Part shown: one piece after another, positions 41,032-49,668 of the stretch
How the letters are laid out: each line of letters opens with the position of its first letter
Position numbering within the stretch: the stretch's first letter is position 1
From: Candidatus Daviesbacteria bacterium
Lineage (GTDB): Bacteria; Patescibacteriota; Microgenomatia; Daviesbacterales; UBA10151
NCBI GenBank assembly: GCA_028712705.1
Contig: JAQTPP010000001.1
Coordinates: 17,521 to 81,520 of the forward strand
Length of the DNA stretch: 64,000 nucleotides
Reading direction: 5' to 3'
Notes under the pieces: model-generated
Told to the model about the DNA's origin: nothing
Databases searched by the model: none
What the model saw: the letters and a program-made list of their open reading frames with translations, nothing else
Made by a program: the position numbers and the translations under genes

Positions 41032-42426
41032 ATGCCGATACTGAAAAAAACCATGTTTCGCGAATACGATATGCGCGGCCGCGAAGCGCCTGATGAGCTA
41101 AACGAGGATTCCATGTACTACATTGGCAGAGGTTTTGGGGCATTTCTTCAAAAACGTGGAATTACTGAGGCAGTGGTGGGGCATGATGCCAGAGGTACTT
41201 CTGAAAGTTTCCATAAGGCTGCTATTAAAGGTTTAACTGAAAGCGGTATTGATGTTATTGATACCGGCACAGTAACTACTCCGATGGGCTATTGGTCTCA
41301 ATATCACTTAAAAGTGAAAGGTTTGTTAACTGTAACAGCTTCTCACAATCCGGCGGGTTGGAACGGAGTGAAACTGGGATCTGATTTTTCATATACGCTT
41401 CTTACCGATGAGCTTCAGGAAGTCTACAACATTATTACCAAAGAAGAGTTTATAGAGGGTAAAGGTGCGATTAGAAAAGAAGATATATCAGAAGCTTACA
41501 AAAAAGATTTAGTTTCCAAGGTAGATATTAAAAAAAAGTTTAAGATTTTAGTAAATACCGGTAATGGTACGGCAGGACTTTTTGTACCTGAAATTTTGCG
41601 GGTAGCGGGGTGTGAGGTGGTAGAACATTTTACAAATGTTGATCCCGCTTATCCAAATTACACTCCCAATCCGGATGGAACTGCCATGATGGAGGATACC
41701 GCCAAACAAACAATAGCTAATAAATGTGATTTAGGATTTGCCTTTGACGGTGACGGAGACAGATTGGGATTGGTTGATGAAAAAGGCAATATTATTTGGC
41801 CGGATCGCTATATGATTTTATTATCAAGATTGGTTTTATCAAAGCGGCCAGGAGCCAAAATTATTTTTGATGTTAAGGTTTCAGAAGCTTTACCTGAAGA
41901 TATTAGTGCTCATGGAGGAATACCAATTATGTGGAAGACCGGACATTCTCACATTAAGGCAAAAATGCATGAGGAAAAAGCAGCACTGGCTGGTGAAATG
42001 AGCGGACACATTTTCTTCGCAGATGGTTATTATGGTTTCGATGACAGCATGATTGCGGCTTTAAAACTTTTGGAATATTTAGCCACACAAGATAAACCAT
42101 TGTCGGAAATTATTGATGATACTCCTTATTATATTTCCACTCCAACGATTCAGGTTAAAACTACAGACGAGGATAAATACGATATAGTAGATGAGCTAAC
42201 TTCAGAATTTAAAGCAGAGGGTTATAAAGTTGTAGATATTAACGGTGCCAGGGTTTATACGGATAAAGGATGGGCACTAGTGAGAGCCTCGTCTAATACA
42301 CCCACATTAGTATTGCGATTTGAAGCTAAAGATGAACAGGAATTGGAAAGGTTAAAAGAAATAATGAGAGGTAAACTCGAGAAATTCGATAAGGTTAGCA
42401 AAGAATGGGATATGAGTGGCCACTAA
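41032..42426 (+). CDS. Phosphoglucomutase/phosphomannomutase family protein
   Basis: active-site 'TASHNPAGWNGVKL'; metal site 'DGDGDR'. Confidence 0.8.
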   Translation: MPILKKTMFREYDMRGREAPDELNEDSMYYIGRGFGAFLQKRGITEAVVGHDARGTSESFHKAAIKGLTESGIDVIDTGTVTTPMGYWSQYHLKVKGLLTVTASHNPAGWNGVKLGSDFSYTLLTDELQEVYNIITKEEFIEGKGAIRKEDISEAYKKDLVSKVDIKKKFKILVNTGNGTAGLFVPEILRVAGCEVVEHFTNVDPAYPNYTPNPDGTAMMEDTAKQTIANKCDLGFAFDGDGDRLGLVDEKGNIIWPDRYMILLSRLVLSKRPGAKIIFDVKVSEALPEDISAHGGIPIMWKTGHSHIKAKMHEEKAALAGEMSGHIFFADGYYGFDDSMIAALKLLEYLATQDKPLSEIIDDTPYYISTPTIQVKTTDEDKYDIVDELTSEFKAEGYKVVDINGARVYTDKGWALVRASSNTPTLVLRFEAKDEQELERLKEIMRGKLEKFDKVSKEWDMSGH

Positions 42427-42473
42427 AATTTTTGAGGACTTGTCAAAGTAGATAGTTTATGGTTTACTAGTAA

Positions 42474-42600
42474 ATACATCAAGAGACCACGTTCAGTTTA
42501 CATGAACGTGGCGGCAACCGTTAAGTAACGGTGCCAGATCCGAGAGGAAGATGTGCCCTGAACGGGAAAACTTTTAATCCCGCCATGGCGGGATTTTTTA
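42474..42600 (+). promoter_or_regulatory. SAM-riboswitch-like (S-box/SAM-I-IV-like) leader with intrinsic terminator immediately 5' of metK
   Basis: P1 ACAUC(42476-80)/GAUGU(42550-54); junction AAGAGA; hairpin CCACGUUCA/UGAACGUGG; 'GCAACC...GGUGCCAGAUCC' resembles S-box core; terminator CCCGC-CATG-GCGGG+U6 (42579-42599) ends 1 nt before ATG. Confidence 0.5.
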
Positions 42601-43710
42601 ATGGCAAATAATATTACTACATTTACATCTGAGTCGGTTTGCGCCGGTCATCCGGATAAAATTTGCGACCAAATCTCCGATGCAATTTTAGATGAGGTTT
42701 TAAAACAAGACCCAAAAGGCCGTACTGCTGTTGAATGTCTGGCAGGGGATGACCGGTTAATTATTGCCGGAGAGATAGGGAGTAGCGCTAAAGTAGATTT
42801 TCAAAAAGTTGCTAGGGAGCAGATTGGAAGATTAGGTTACACCGACCCTAGTTTTGGATTTAGCGATAAATCCCCGATTAATTGTTTCCTTCATCAACAA
42901 TCTCCCGAGATTGCGATTGGTGTCAAGAAAAAAGGGGCCGGTGATCAAGGAATGATGTTTGGATTTGCTTGCAGGGAAACTGTACATCTGATGCCTCTGC
43001 CAATAATGATAGCCCACGCCCTAGCCAGGAAGATTGATAGCGTTAGGGAAGATGGTGTCTTGCCATATCTTCGGCCTGACGGGAAAAGCCAGGTTACAGT
43101 TGAGTATAGGAACGGAATTCCTGTTGGAATAAATCAGGTGGTAATTGCAGCTCCTCACAAAGAGTCGGTGCAACTATCACAGGTGAAGTTAGATATTTTT
43201 AAAACAGTTGTGAAGCCGGTTTTGGAAGGCTTTGGCTTTAAAATTTCTATCCGTGATTTAATAGTTAATGGAACAGGAGTGTGGCATAATGGAGGACCCT
43301 CGTCTGATTGTGGATTAACAGGCAGGAAAATTGTGGTGGATACTTATGGAGGGTATGCCAGAGTTGGTGGAGGATGTTTTTCCGGAAAAGAGCCGTCAAA
43401 AGTAGATCGGGGAGGTGCTTATGCGGCCAGGTTTTTGGCAAAAAATGTAGTGGCGCAAAAGTTAGCAGACAAAGCAGAAGTAAGACTCGCTTATTTTATC
43501 GGTGCCAAAAAACCCACCATGCAGGAGGTGGAAACTTTTGGGACTGCCAGGAAAAGTCAAAAGGTAATTAAGAATTTCATGTCAAAAATTCTGGATACAT
43601 CTGTGGCAGGAATTTTAGAGGGTTTGGATTTACAAAGACCAATTTATTTGCCGACTGCAGCTTACGGTCACTTCGGCCGGGAAGAATTCCCCTGGGAAAA
43701 AATAGTTTAG
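42601..43710 (+). CDS. metK: S-adenosylmethionine synthetase
   Basis: 'FTSESVCAGHPDKICDQISDAILD' canonical MetK N-terminus. Confidence 0.9.
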   Translation: MANNITTFTSESVCAGHPDKICDQISDAILDEVLKQDPKGRTAVECLAGDDRLIIAGEIGSSAKVDFQKVAREQIGRLGYTDPSFGFSDKSPINCFLHQQSPEIAIGVKKKGAGDQGMMFGFACRETVHLMPLPIMIAHALARKIDSVREDGVLPYLRPDGKSQVTVEYRNGIPVGINQVVIAAPHKESVQLSQVKLDIFKTVVKPVLEGFGFKISIRDLIVNGTGVWHNGGPSSDCGLTGRKIVVDTYGGYARVGGGCFSGKEPSKVDRGGAYAARFLAKNVVAQKLADKAEVRLAYFIGAKKPTMQEVETFGTARKSQKVIKNFMSKILDTSVAGILEGLDLQRPIYLPTAAYGHFGREEFPWEKIV

Positions 43711-43976
43711 TTTACTGTAAATTGCGGAAAGTTTTTAAGTTTACCTTCAATTACAACTACTTTTTCTACCCGCGCTAAGGGTGGTCCAATGTGACACCAT
43801 TTGACAAATTCATCTAAGTTTTTCTTTTTTCCTTCTGCTTCAATTAAAACCGATCCATCAGGCTGATTTTTGGCAAATCCTTTTATTCCTAACTGATCTG
43901 CTTTTTCTTTGGCAGTGGCCCGGAAAAATATTCCTTGGACAATTCCATATATTTTAATGTTCAAATGTTTTTTCAT
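43707..43976 (-). CDS. acyP: Acylphosphatase (start at internal Met 'MKKHLNIKIYG')
   Basis: 'YGIVQGIFFRATAKEKADQLGIKGFAKNQPDGSVLIEAEG' acylphosphatase signatures. Confidence 0.7.
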   Translation of the reverse strand: MKKHLNIKIYGIVQGIFFRATAKEKADQLGIKGFAKNQPDGSVLIEAEGKKKNLDEFVKWCHIGPPLARVEKVVVIEGKLKNFPQFTVN

Positions 43977-43984
43977 AAGCCTTC

Positions 43985-44073
43985 CGTCATTGCGAGGAGT
44001 CTTACGACGAAGCAATCTTGGTTAATAATCAATATAGATTGCCACGCTAATTGCTCGCAATGACAATTAAAAT
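43985..44073. repeat. Family-2 repeat copy, inverted orientation (GTCATTGCGAGG...GCTCGCAATGAC; includes AATGACCC)
   Basis: RC of 44041-44062 = GTCATTGCGAGCAATTAGCGTG, aligning to GTCATTCTGAGCGATTAGCGA. Confidence 0.5.
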
Positions 44074-44077
44074 GACC

Positions 44078-44863
44078 CTAAGAAAATTCTAATATCATCG
44101 GTAGATGATCGGAAATTTCTACTTCAGGCACTTCAAAGCTTTTTACATTTACATCGGGTGAAACAAAAATATAATCTGCAAATTTTTGAAACCCAGGTTT
44201 TTTGAAGTAAGGGCTTAAATCACTTCTGGTTTTTTCAATATTAAACTGTTTAATTAAATTTTTCATATCCCTTTCAAGAATTTTGATACTCTCGGTTTGA
44301 GGTAAAAGATTCAAATCTCCGGTTAAGATCTTTGCTCCTGATTTTCTTTTTAAGAAATTATTAATTTTCATGGATTGTTCAAGTCTTTGTTTGGTGTCTA
44401 ATTTAGAGCCAGGGAAAGAAGTACCATGAATATTACAAATAATGTAAGACTTGTTATCGATAATTAAATTAATGCATTGCAAAGCAACAGGGAAATTAGA
44501 AAAATCTGTCTTTAAGATTTTTTCAGATCCATCTCCGCTAATTGGCAGTTTTTCAAAGGAGTGAACATTAATATCTTTGCGAATAAAGGTTGCTTCGCCT
44601 ACAGTTAAGTCAAAATCCACAGGATTTGGATTAGAGTCATAACCACTAAATTCCGGAGTATAGAATACTTGAAAATCAGGTAAGATTTGTTTTAATTCCT
44701 CCAGCAAATTAGCCCTAATGTTGTGAAATTGTTTTACAGAAGTTGTGGTGTTGTAAATTTCCTGAAAGCAAAAGATATCGCTGTCCCGGGAATAGTTTTT
44801 AATAAAGGCGACTAGGGGTTGATAAATTTTTCCGCCCCAGGTATTTAAAGAAATTAGTTTCAT
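44078..44863 (-). CDS. Endonuclease/exonuclease/phosphatase (EEP) family protein (start at Met 'MKLISLNTWGG' to avoid tRNA overlap)
   Basis: 'LISLNTWGG', 'CFQE', 'GDLN', 'SDHLP' EEP catalytic motifs. Confidence 0.6.
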   Translation of the reverse strand: MKLISLNTWGGKIYQPLVAFIKNYSRDSDIFCFQEIYNTTTSVKQFHNIRANLLEELKQILPDFQVFYTPEFSGYDSNPNPVDFDLTVGEATFIRKDINVHSFEKLPISGDGSEKILKTDFSNFPVALQCINLIIDNKSYIICNIHGTSFPGSKLDTKQRLEQSMKINNFLKRKSGAKILTGDLNLLPQTESIKILERDMKNLIKQFNIEKTRSDLSPYFKKPGFQKFADYIFVSPDVNVKSFEVPEVEISDHLPMILEFS

Positions 44864-44879
44864 AAGACTATGGATATTG

Positions 44880-44950
44880 TCGGGGAGGGGAGAATCGAAC
44901 TCCCGATGCCGCACCCCCAGCGCGGCGTGTTGCCACTATACTACTCCCCG
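44880..44950 (-). tRNA. tRNA-Pro (anticodon GGG), CCA not encoded
   Basis: hand-folded: acceptor CGGGGAG/CTCCCCG, anticodon arm CCGCG-CTGGGGG-TGCGG, T arm GGGAG-TTCGATT-CTCCC, 71 nt. Confidence 0.8.
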
Positions 44951-45084
44951 CCTTCGTCAAGGCTTTGGCGGGCAAGCCCGTTTTTTGCCTTAGACTTATG
45001 GTATTTTATCAGGTTAAAGACCAATACTCTATATAATCATTTTGGGGGATTGATATTTGGGAAATATTTGGTAATCTTGAACAT

Positions 45085-46146
45085 ATGGTACATAACGACG
45101 ATGCTAAGAAAGCCGCGATTTCAGCTGCAATGGCTCAAATCCAAAAACAATACGGCACAGGTTCCATTATGCGCTTGGGTGAGCGGGTTGAAAAATTCGC
45201 CACGGAGGTTATCTCAACAGGCTCTCTTGCTTTGGATTTAGCACTGGGTGTTGGCGGTTTGCCAAAGGGTAGGATTGTAGAAGTCTATGGCCCGGAAGCA
45301 GGCGGAAAGACGACGGTTACCCTGCATGTGATTGCTGAGGCTCAGAAAAAAGGTGGAGTGGCGGCATTTGTTGATGCTGAACATGCTTTGGATCCCCAAA
45401 GGGCGCAGAAGATCGGAGTTAATTTAGACGATCTTTTAATTTCTCAACCGGATACCGGCGAACAGGCTTTGGAGATTGCCGAAAGCTTAATCCGTTCCGG
45501 CGGAATAGATGTTTTGGTGATAGATTCTGTGGCGGCACTGGTACCCAGATCTGAATTGGAAGGAGAAATGGGAGATTCTTCTATGGGTGTGCAAGCCCGT
45601 TTAATGTCGCAAGCCCTTCGAAAATTAACCGGAGCTGTTTCTAACACCAACACAATCGTTATTTTTACCAATCAATTAAGACAAAAAATTGGAGTGATGT
45701 TTGGTAATCCGGAAACTACTACAGGAGGATTGGCCTTAAAATTTTATGCTTCTATCCGCCTGGATATCAGAAGGATTGAAAATATAAAAGATGGAGATGT
45801 GGTTGTGGGTTCTCGACACAGGGTTAAAGTTGTCAAAAATAAGGTTGCTCCCCCATTTCGGATTGCAGAATTTGATATGGATGAGAATGGAATATCTCAT
45901 GAAGGTGAACTTTTGGATGTAGGGATAGAACTGGGAATTTTAACAAAGTCCGGCGCATTTATAAAATGGGGTGAAAAGCTACTGGGTCAAGGGAGACCCG
46001 CATCAATAATTTTCCTGAAAGAAAACAAAAAAGAAGCGCAAAATTTGGAAAAAGAAATAAGAGAAGCCTGGGGTAAACAAAAAGAAGGCAAGGAAAAAAT
46101 TGTAGTTGGGCAAGAAGAACCAGTTTTGGCAGAAGCAGCAGTATAA
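45085..46146 (+). CDS. recA: Recombinase RecA
   Basis: 'GSIMRLG', Walker A 'GPEAGGKTT', '[14 protein letters not shown]'. Confidence 0.95.
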   Translation: MVHNDDAKKAAISAAMAQIQKQYGTGSIMRLGERVEKFATEVISTGSLALDLALGVGGLPKGRIVEVYGPEAGGKTTVTLHVIAEAQKKGGVAAFVDAEHALDPQRAQKIGVNLDDLLISQPDTGEQALEIAESLIRSGGIDVLVIDSVAALVPRSELEGEMGDSSMGVQARLMSQALRKLTGAVSNTNTIVIFTNQLRQKIGVMFGNPETTTGGLALKFYASIRLDIRRIENIKDGDVVVGSRHRVKVVKNKVAPPFRIAEFDMDENGISHEGELLDVGIELGILTKSGAFIKWGEKLLGQGRPASIIFLKENKKEAQNLEKEIREAWGKQKEGKEKIVVGQEEPVLAEAAV

Positions 46147-46155
46147 TATTCTTCC

Positions 46156-46833
46156 ATGCCAAAAATTACTTCAGTAGAGCCACAGAGAAGATCCGCCAGC
46201 CGGCGGACAAAAAGATTTAATGTTTTTTTAGATGGAATATTTGCTTTTGGGGCAGATGAAGATTTGGTGGTTAACAGAAGACTGGTAGTAGGGAAAGTCA
46301 TCACTCCGAATGATCTGGAGAAGATTTTATTTGAGGCAGAGGTGGGAAAACTAATGGAGCGGATGTATAGATGGTTTAGTTTGAGACAACATTCAGAAAA
46401 AGAAGTCAGAGATTATTTTAAAATTAAGAATCAACAATCAAAAATCAAGGGTAAGGAGCAAATAAGTCAGTTAACAATAGATGCTTTAGTGGAAAATTTA
46501 AAGAAAAAAGGCATGATAAATGATTTGGAATTTACTAAAGCCTGGGTGGAGGCAAGAAGAAAAAGTAAAAATTTAGGAATAAGAGCTTTAAGAATGGAAC
46601 TTTATAAAAAGGGAATTGATAAGGAAATTATTGAGGAGGTATTGAGTGAGCCTTTCGACTTCACTCAGGGCGAGGAAGAATTAGCAAAGCAAGCTCTTGA
46701 AAAGAAAATGAGAGTTTGGAAAAACTTAAACCATTTGGAATTTAACAAAAAGGCCTATGAATTCTTAGCAAGAAAAGGTTTTGAATATGAGGTAATTAAA
46801 GAGACAATTGAAAAGTTGGCGGGAAAAGAGTAA
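46156..46833 (+). CDS. recX: Regulatory protein RecX
   Basis: three-helix-repeat RecX architecture; immediately follows recA. Confidence 0.7.
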   Translation: MPKITSVEPQRRSASRRTKRFNVFLDGIFAFGADEDLVVNRRLVVGKVITPNDLEKILFEAEVGKLMERMYRWFSLRQHSEKEVRDYFKIKNQQSKIKGKEQISQLTIDALVENLKKKGMINDLEFTKAWVEARRKSKNLGIRALRMELYKKGIDKEIIEEVLSEPFDFTQGEEELAKQALEKKMRVWKNLNHLEFNKKAYEFLARKGFEYEVIKETIEKLAGKE

Positions 46834-47033
46834 AATATATTTGGAGAATCAAATAGAGTGAGTTAATATATTATGAAAATAATTCTCAGCAGTTTAATAC
46901 TCCCTCTAAACTTCGTTTAACGAGGTCTTTTTCTGATTTTTCTAATAAATAGTAAAAAGGTAAAATTGGACTTTTCGTGAGATTGAGATAATTTGTAGAA
47001 AAGGGTAATTCAGAAAAGTCCAAGAAAAAAATT

Positions 47034-48362
47034 ATGCAAAGAACATTTGGACCGATTAGATCTGGTGATGGCGGGGATTTCATTAAGCAAGAAGCAGAAC
47101 TAGCCAAACGTGAAGGTATTTTAGAGGAAAGAGAGCGGCAAATTGCTGAAAAGCAAAAGCTGATTGATGAGAAACTTGAGCAGTTGGAAAAGATCAGGAA
47201 AGAACTGGTTTCCAAACTGGAAAAAGTTTCTTTTGTGTCCAAAGATGAAGCACAAAAAATACTGCTAGAAAATTTAGATCAAGAATTAGCCAGCGAGATT
47301 TCCAAAAAAATAAAAGAAGCAGAAGAAGAAATTAAGCTGCGCTCCGATGAAAAAGCTAAAGAGGTTTTAGCCGATGCTATGTTACACGGAGTAACAGACT
47401 ATATATCCGAATTTACAACTTCTAAAGTGAAACTTCCTGATGAGGAAATGAAAGGGAGAATTATTGGCAAAGAAGGCAGGAATGTTAGGACGTTTGAACA
47501 AGTTACCGGTGTTGATGTGGTAATGGATGATGAGATATCGGATACATTAATTCTGTCATCCTTTGATCCGGTTCGCCGTGAAATTGCCAGAGTTTCGCTT
47601 GAACGCTTAATGGAAGACGGGAGAATTCAACCGCAGCGAATTGAGGAAATTGTTGAGAAAACGAAAGAAGATGTTAATAAACTAATGCGTCAGGCAGGGG
47701 AAAAACTTTGCCATGATGTTGGAGTTTATAATTTGCAGGTTGAGTTGGTAGATCTGGTTGGAAGATTCAAATTCCGGTATTCCTACGGACAAAATTTGAT
47801 TCAACACACGCAAGAGGAAACACAAATCGGTATTGCACTGGCAAAAATGATCGGGGCAGACGTGAATGTGGTTCGACTCGGATGTTTATTACATGATATC
47901 GGTAAAGTGGTGATTGAAGGAGACGAGGGTACTCATGTCGATAAAGGTGTGCAACTGGCAAAGAAATTTGGATTACCGGAAAAAGTCGTGAGTTGTATAG
48001 CCGAACATCATGAAGATAAGCCATTTTCATCTGTTGAATCCACAATAGTTTATATTGCTGATGCTATTTCTGGAGCTAGACCGGGTGCAAGACATGAGAA
48101 TGTTGAGGATTACATTAAGAGAATGGATGATATAGAACAAATTGCGCTGTCTTTTGAAGGGGTTGAAAAAGCATTCGCTGTACAGGCCGGCAGGGAAGTT
48201 AGGGTGATTGTGACTCCAGAGAGAATTTCTGACGACGAATTGCCAAAACTGGTTCACGATATAGCGGAGAGAATCTCCAAAGAAGTGATGGTTCCCGGGG
48301 CGGTAAAGATAACAGCAATTAGGGAAACCCGTTATGTTGAAAGCACAATGACAACTCCTTAA
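47034..48362 (+). CDS. rny: Ribonuclease Y lacking the usual N-terminal membrane anchor
   Basis: KH 'GRIIGKEGRNVRTFEQVTGVD'; HD 'LLHDIGK'; no in-frame extension (stop at 46989-91). Confidence 0.85.
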   Translation: MQRTFGPIRSGDGGDFIKQEAELAKREGILEERERQIAEKQKLIDEKLEQLEKIRKELVSKLEKVSFVSKDEAQKILLENLDQELASEISKKIKEAEEEIKLRSDEKAKEVLADAMLHGVTDYISEFTTSKVKLPDEEMKGRIIGKEGRNVRTFEQVTGVDVVMDDEISDTLILSSFDPVRREIARVSLERLMEDGRIQPQRIEEIVEKTKEDVNKLMRQAGEKLCHDVGVYNLQVELVDLVGRFKFRYSYGQNLIQHTQEETQIGIALAKMIGADVNVVRLGCLLHDIGKVVIEGDEGTHVDKGVQLAKKFGLPEKVVSCIAEHHEDKPFSSVESTIVYIADAISGARPGARHENVEDYIKRMDDIEQIALSFEGVEKAFAVQAGREVRVIVTPERISDDELPKLVHDIAERISKEVMVPGAVKITAIRETRYVESTMTTP

Positions 48363-48394
48363 TGAGATTCTTCGTCGGCTTAATGCCTTCTCAG

Positions 48395-48418
48395 GACGAA
48401 GCAAAGCTTCGTTTTGGG
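48395..48418 (+). terminator. Rho-independent terminator after rny (ACGAAGC-AAA-GCTTCGT + TTTTGGGG)
   Basis: 7-bp stem plus U-tract seen in sequence. Confidence 0.5.
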
Positions 48419-48458
48419 GCTTGATAAAAGGCAAAACATCTGGTAATTTATCAGTTGT

Positions 48459-48731
48459 ATGACTAAGAACGAGCTTATTGAAAAAGTTGCCAAGAAAGCA
48501 AATCTTACAAAAAGAGCTTCTGCCGATGCAGTCAACAGTACTTTTAATTTAATCAGAGATGGTCTAGTCCGAGGCGAAAAGGTAGTTATAACCGGTTTCG
48601 GGACATTTCTAATAAGATCTCGGGCTGCGAGACGTGGCAGAAATCCACAAACAGGTGAAACTATTCAGATTCCTAATAAAAAGACCCCGGGATTCACTGC
48701 TGGCAAAACCCTAAAAAGACTTATTAAATAA
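48459..48731 (+). CDS. hup: DNA-binding protein HU
   Basis: 'GFGTFLIRSRAARRGRNPQTGETIQIP' HU arm. Confidence 0.85.
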   Translation: MTKNELIEKVAKKANLTKRASADAVNSTFNLIRDGLVRGEKVVITGFGTFLIRSRAARRGRNPQTGETIQIPNKKTPGFTAGKTLKRLIK

Positions 48732-48747
48732 CTCTGTTATCATTTTT

Positions 48748-49668
48748 ATGACTAGAGTTTTAAATTCCTTTAAAGTCCGAGCAGGTAACAAAATCCTTGA
48801 TTATCGTTTGGGAGAAAAATTAAATCTCAATCAGGTAAAGCTATTTTTTCAAAAAAATTATCAGGTAAAAAAACTGTGGAATGGAAGCAGGCATGTGCTG
48901 GGGATTTTAACCAGGAATAATGTGGACTATTTCCTGAAATTGTCAACCAGCGAAGGAATTAGCATTTTTACAAAAAATGAACATAAATGGAATGATTATT
49001 TTAATGAATATACCAAAGTAAATAATTACCTTGTCCCCAAAAATCATGGTAGAGGTTATTTTCAAAAGAAATATTTTTATCTGATAACAGATTATTTTGA
49101 TGGTAAATTAATTTGTGAAATCAATGGGGATGTTAATAATCTGGTTGTACATATTGATGATATTATTTTACTTTCCGAGTTAATACAAAAAATGCCTGTA
49201 GTTGAAAGTGATTACAGAATGCGATTCATCAACAAAGTAAATAGCTGGTTTAACGATATTCCAAGTAGCATTTGCAAGAGGTATAAAGTTAAAACTCTTT
49301 TGGATATTGCTGAAAAAGGAGTAGATGGATTATCCAGCAAGCCTAGACATGGGGATTTTACACCCTGGCATATTATTAAGTTGTTTGATCATAGGCTTGG
49401 ACTGATTGATGGAGAGCATTTTTTACCGGATGGTGTTGAAAATTATGATATCTGTTTCTTTATACAAAGAGTTTTTTCTGTATTAAAAAATCCGATCGTT
49501 GCCCGGAATATTTATTCCCAATTATTGATTAAAGGATATAAGAAAAACAAATTAAAAACGGTTTTAGCAGCCAGGGCCATTGGAGGATTTTTAGATGAAT
49601 CATTGATTGAAAAATCCGAATATAATTTCGCCAGTAGATTTAAAGATTGGGTAATGCAGCTTGACTAA
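48748..49668 (+). CDS. Phosphotransferase-family kinase (APH/ChoK/CotS-like fold)
   Basis: catalytic-loop-like 'RHGDFTPWHII' and 'IDGEHF' (cf. HGDxxxxN...IDxE). Confidence 0.4.
   Translation: MTRVLNSFKVRAGNKILDYRLGEKLNLNQVKLFFQKNYQVKKLWNGSRHVLGILTRNNVDYFLKLSTSEGISIFTKNEHKWNDYFNEYTKVNNYLVPKNHGRGYFQKKYFYLITDYFDGKLICEINGDVNNLVVHIDDIILLSELIQKMPVVESDYRMRFINKVNSWFNDIPSSICKRYKVKTLLDIAEKGVDGLSSKPRHGDFTPWHIIKLFDHRLGLIDGEHFLPDGVENYDICFFIQRVFSVLKNPIVARNIYSQLLIKGYKKNKLKTVLAARAIGGFLDESLIEKSEYNFASRFKDWVMQLD

Noticed and set aside
44968-44986. Terminator for a + strand gene upstream of recA
   Set aside because: No + strand gene lies upstream (tRNA and EEP gene are on the - strand); noted only as a hairpin of uncertain role.
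46886-47242. 118-aa - strand ORF overlapping the rny start
   Set aside because: Antisense to the rny 5' end and leader hairpin; serine-rich low-complexity translation.
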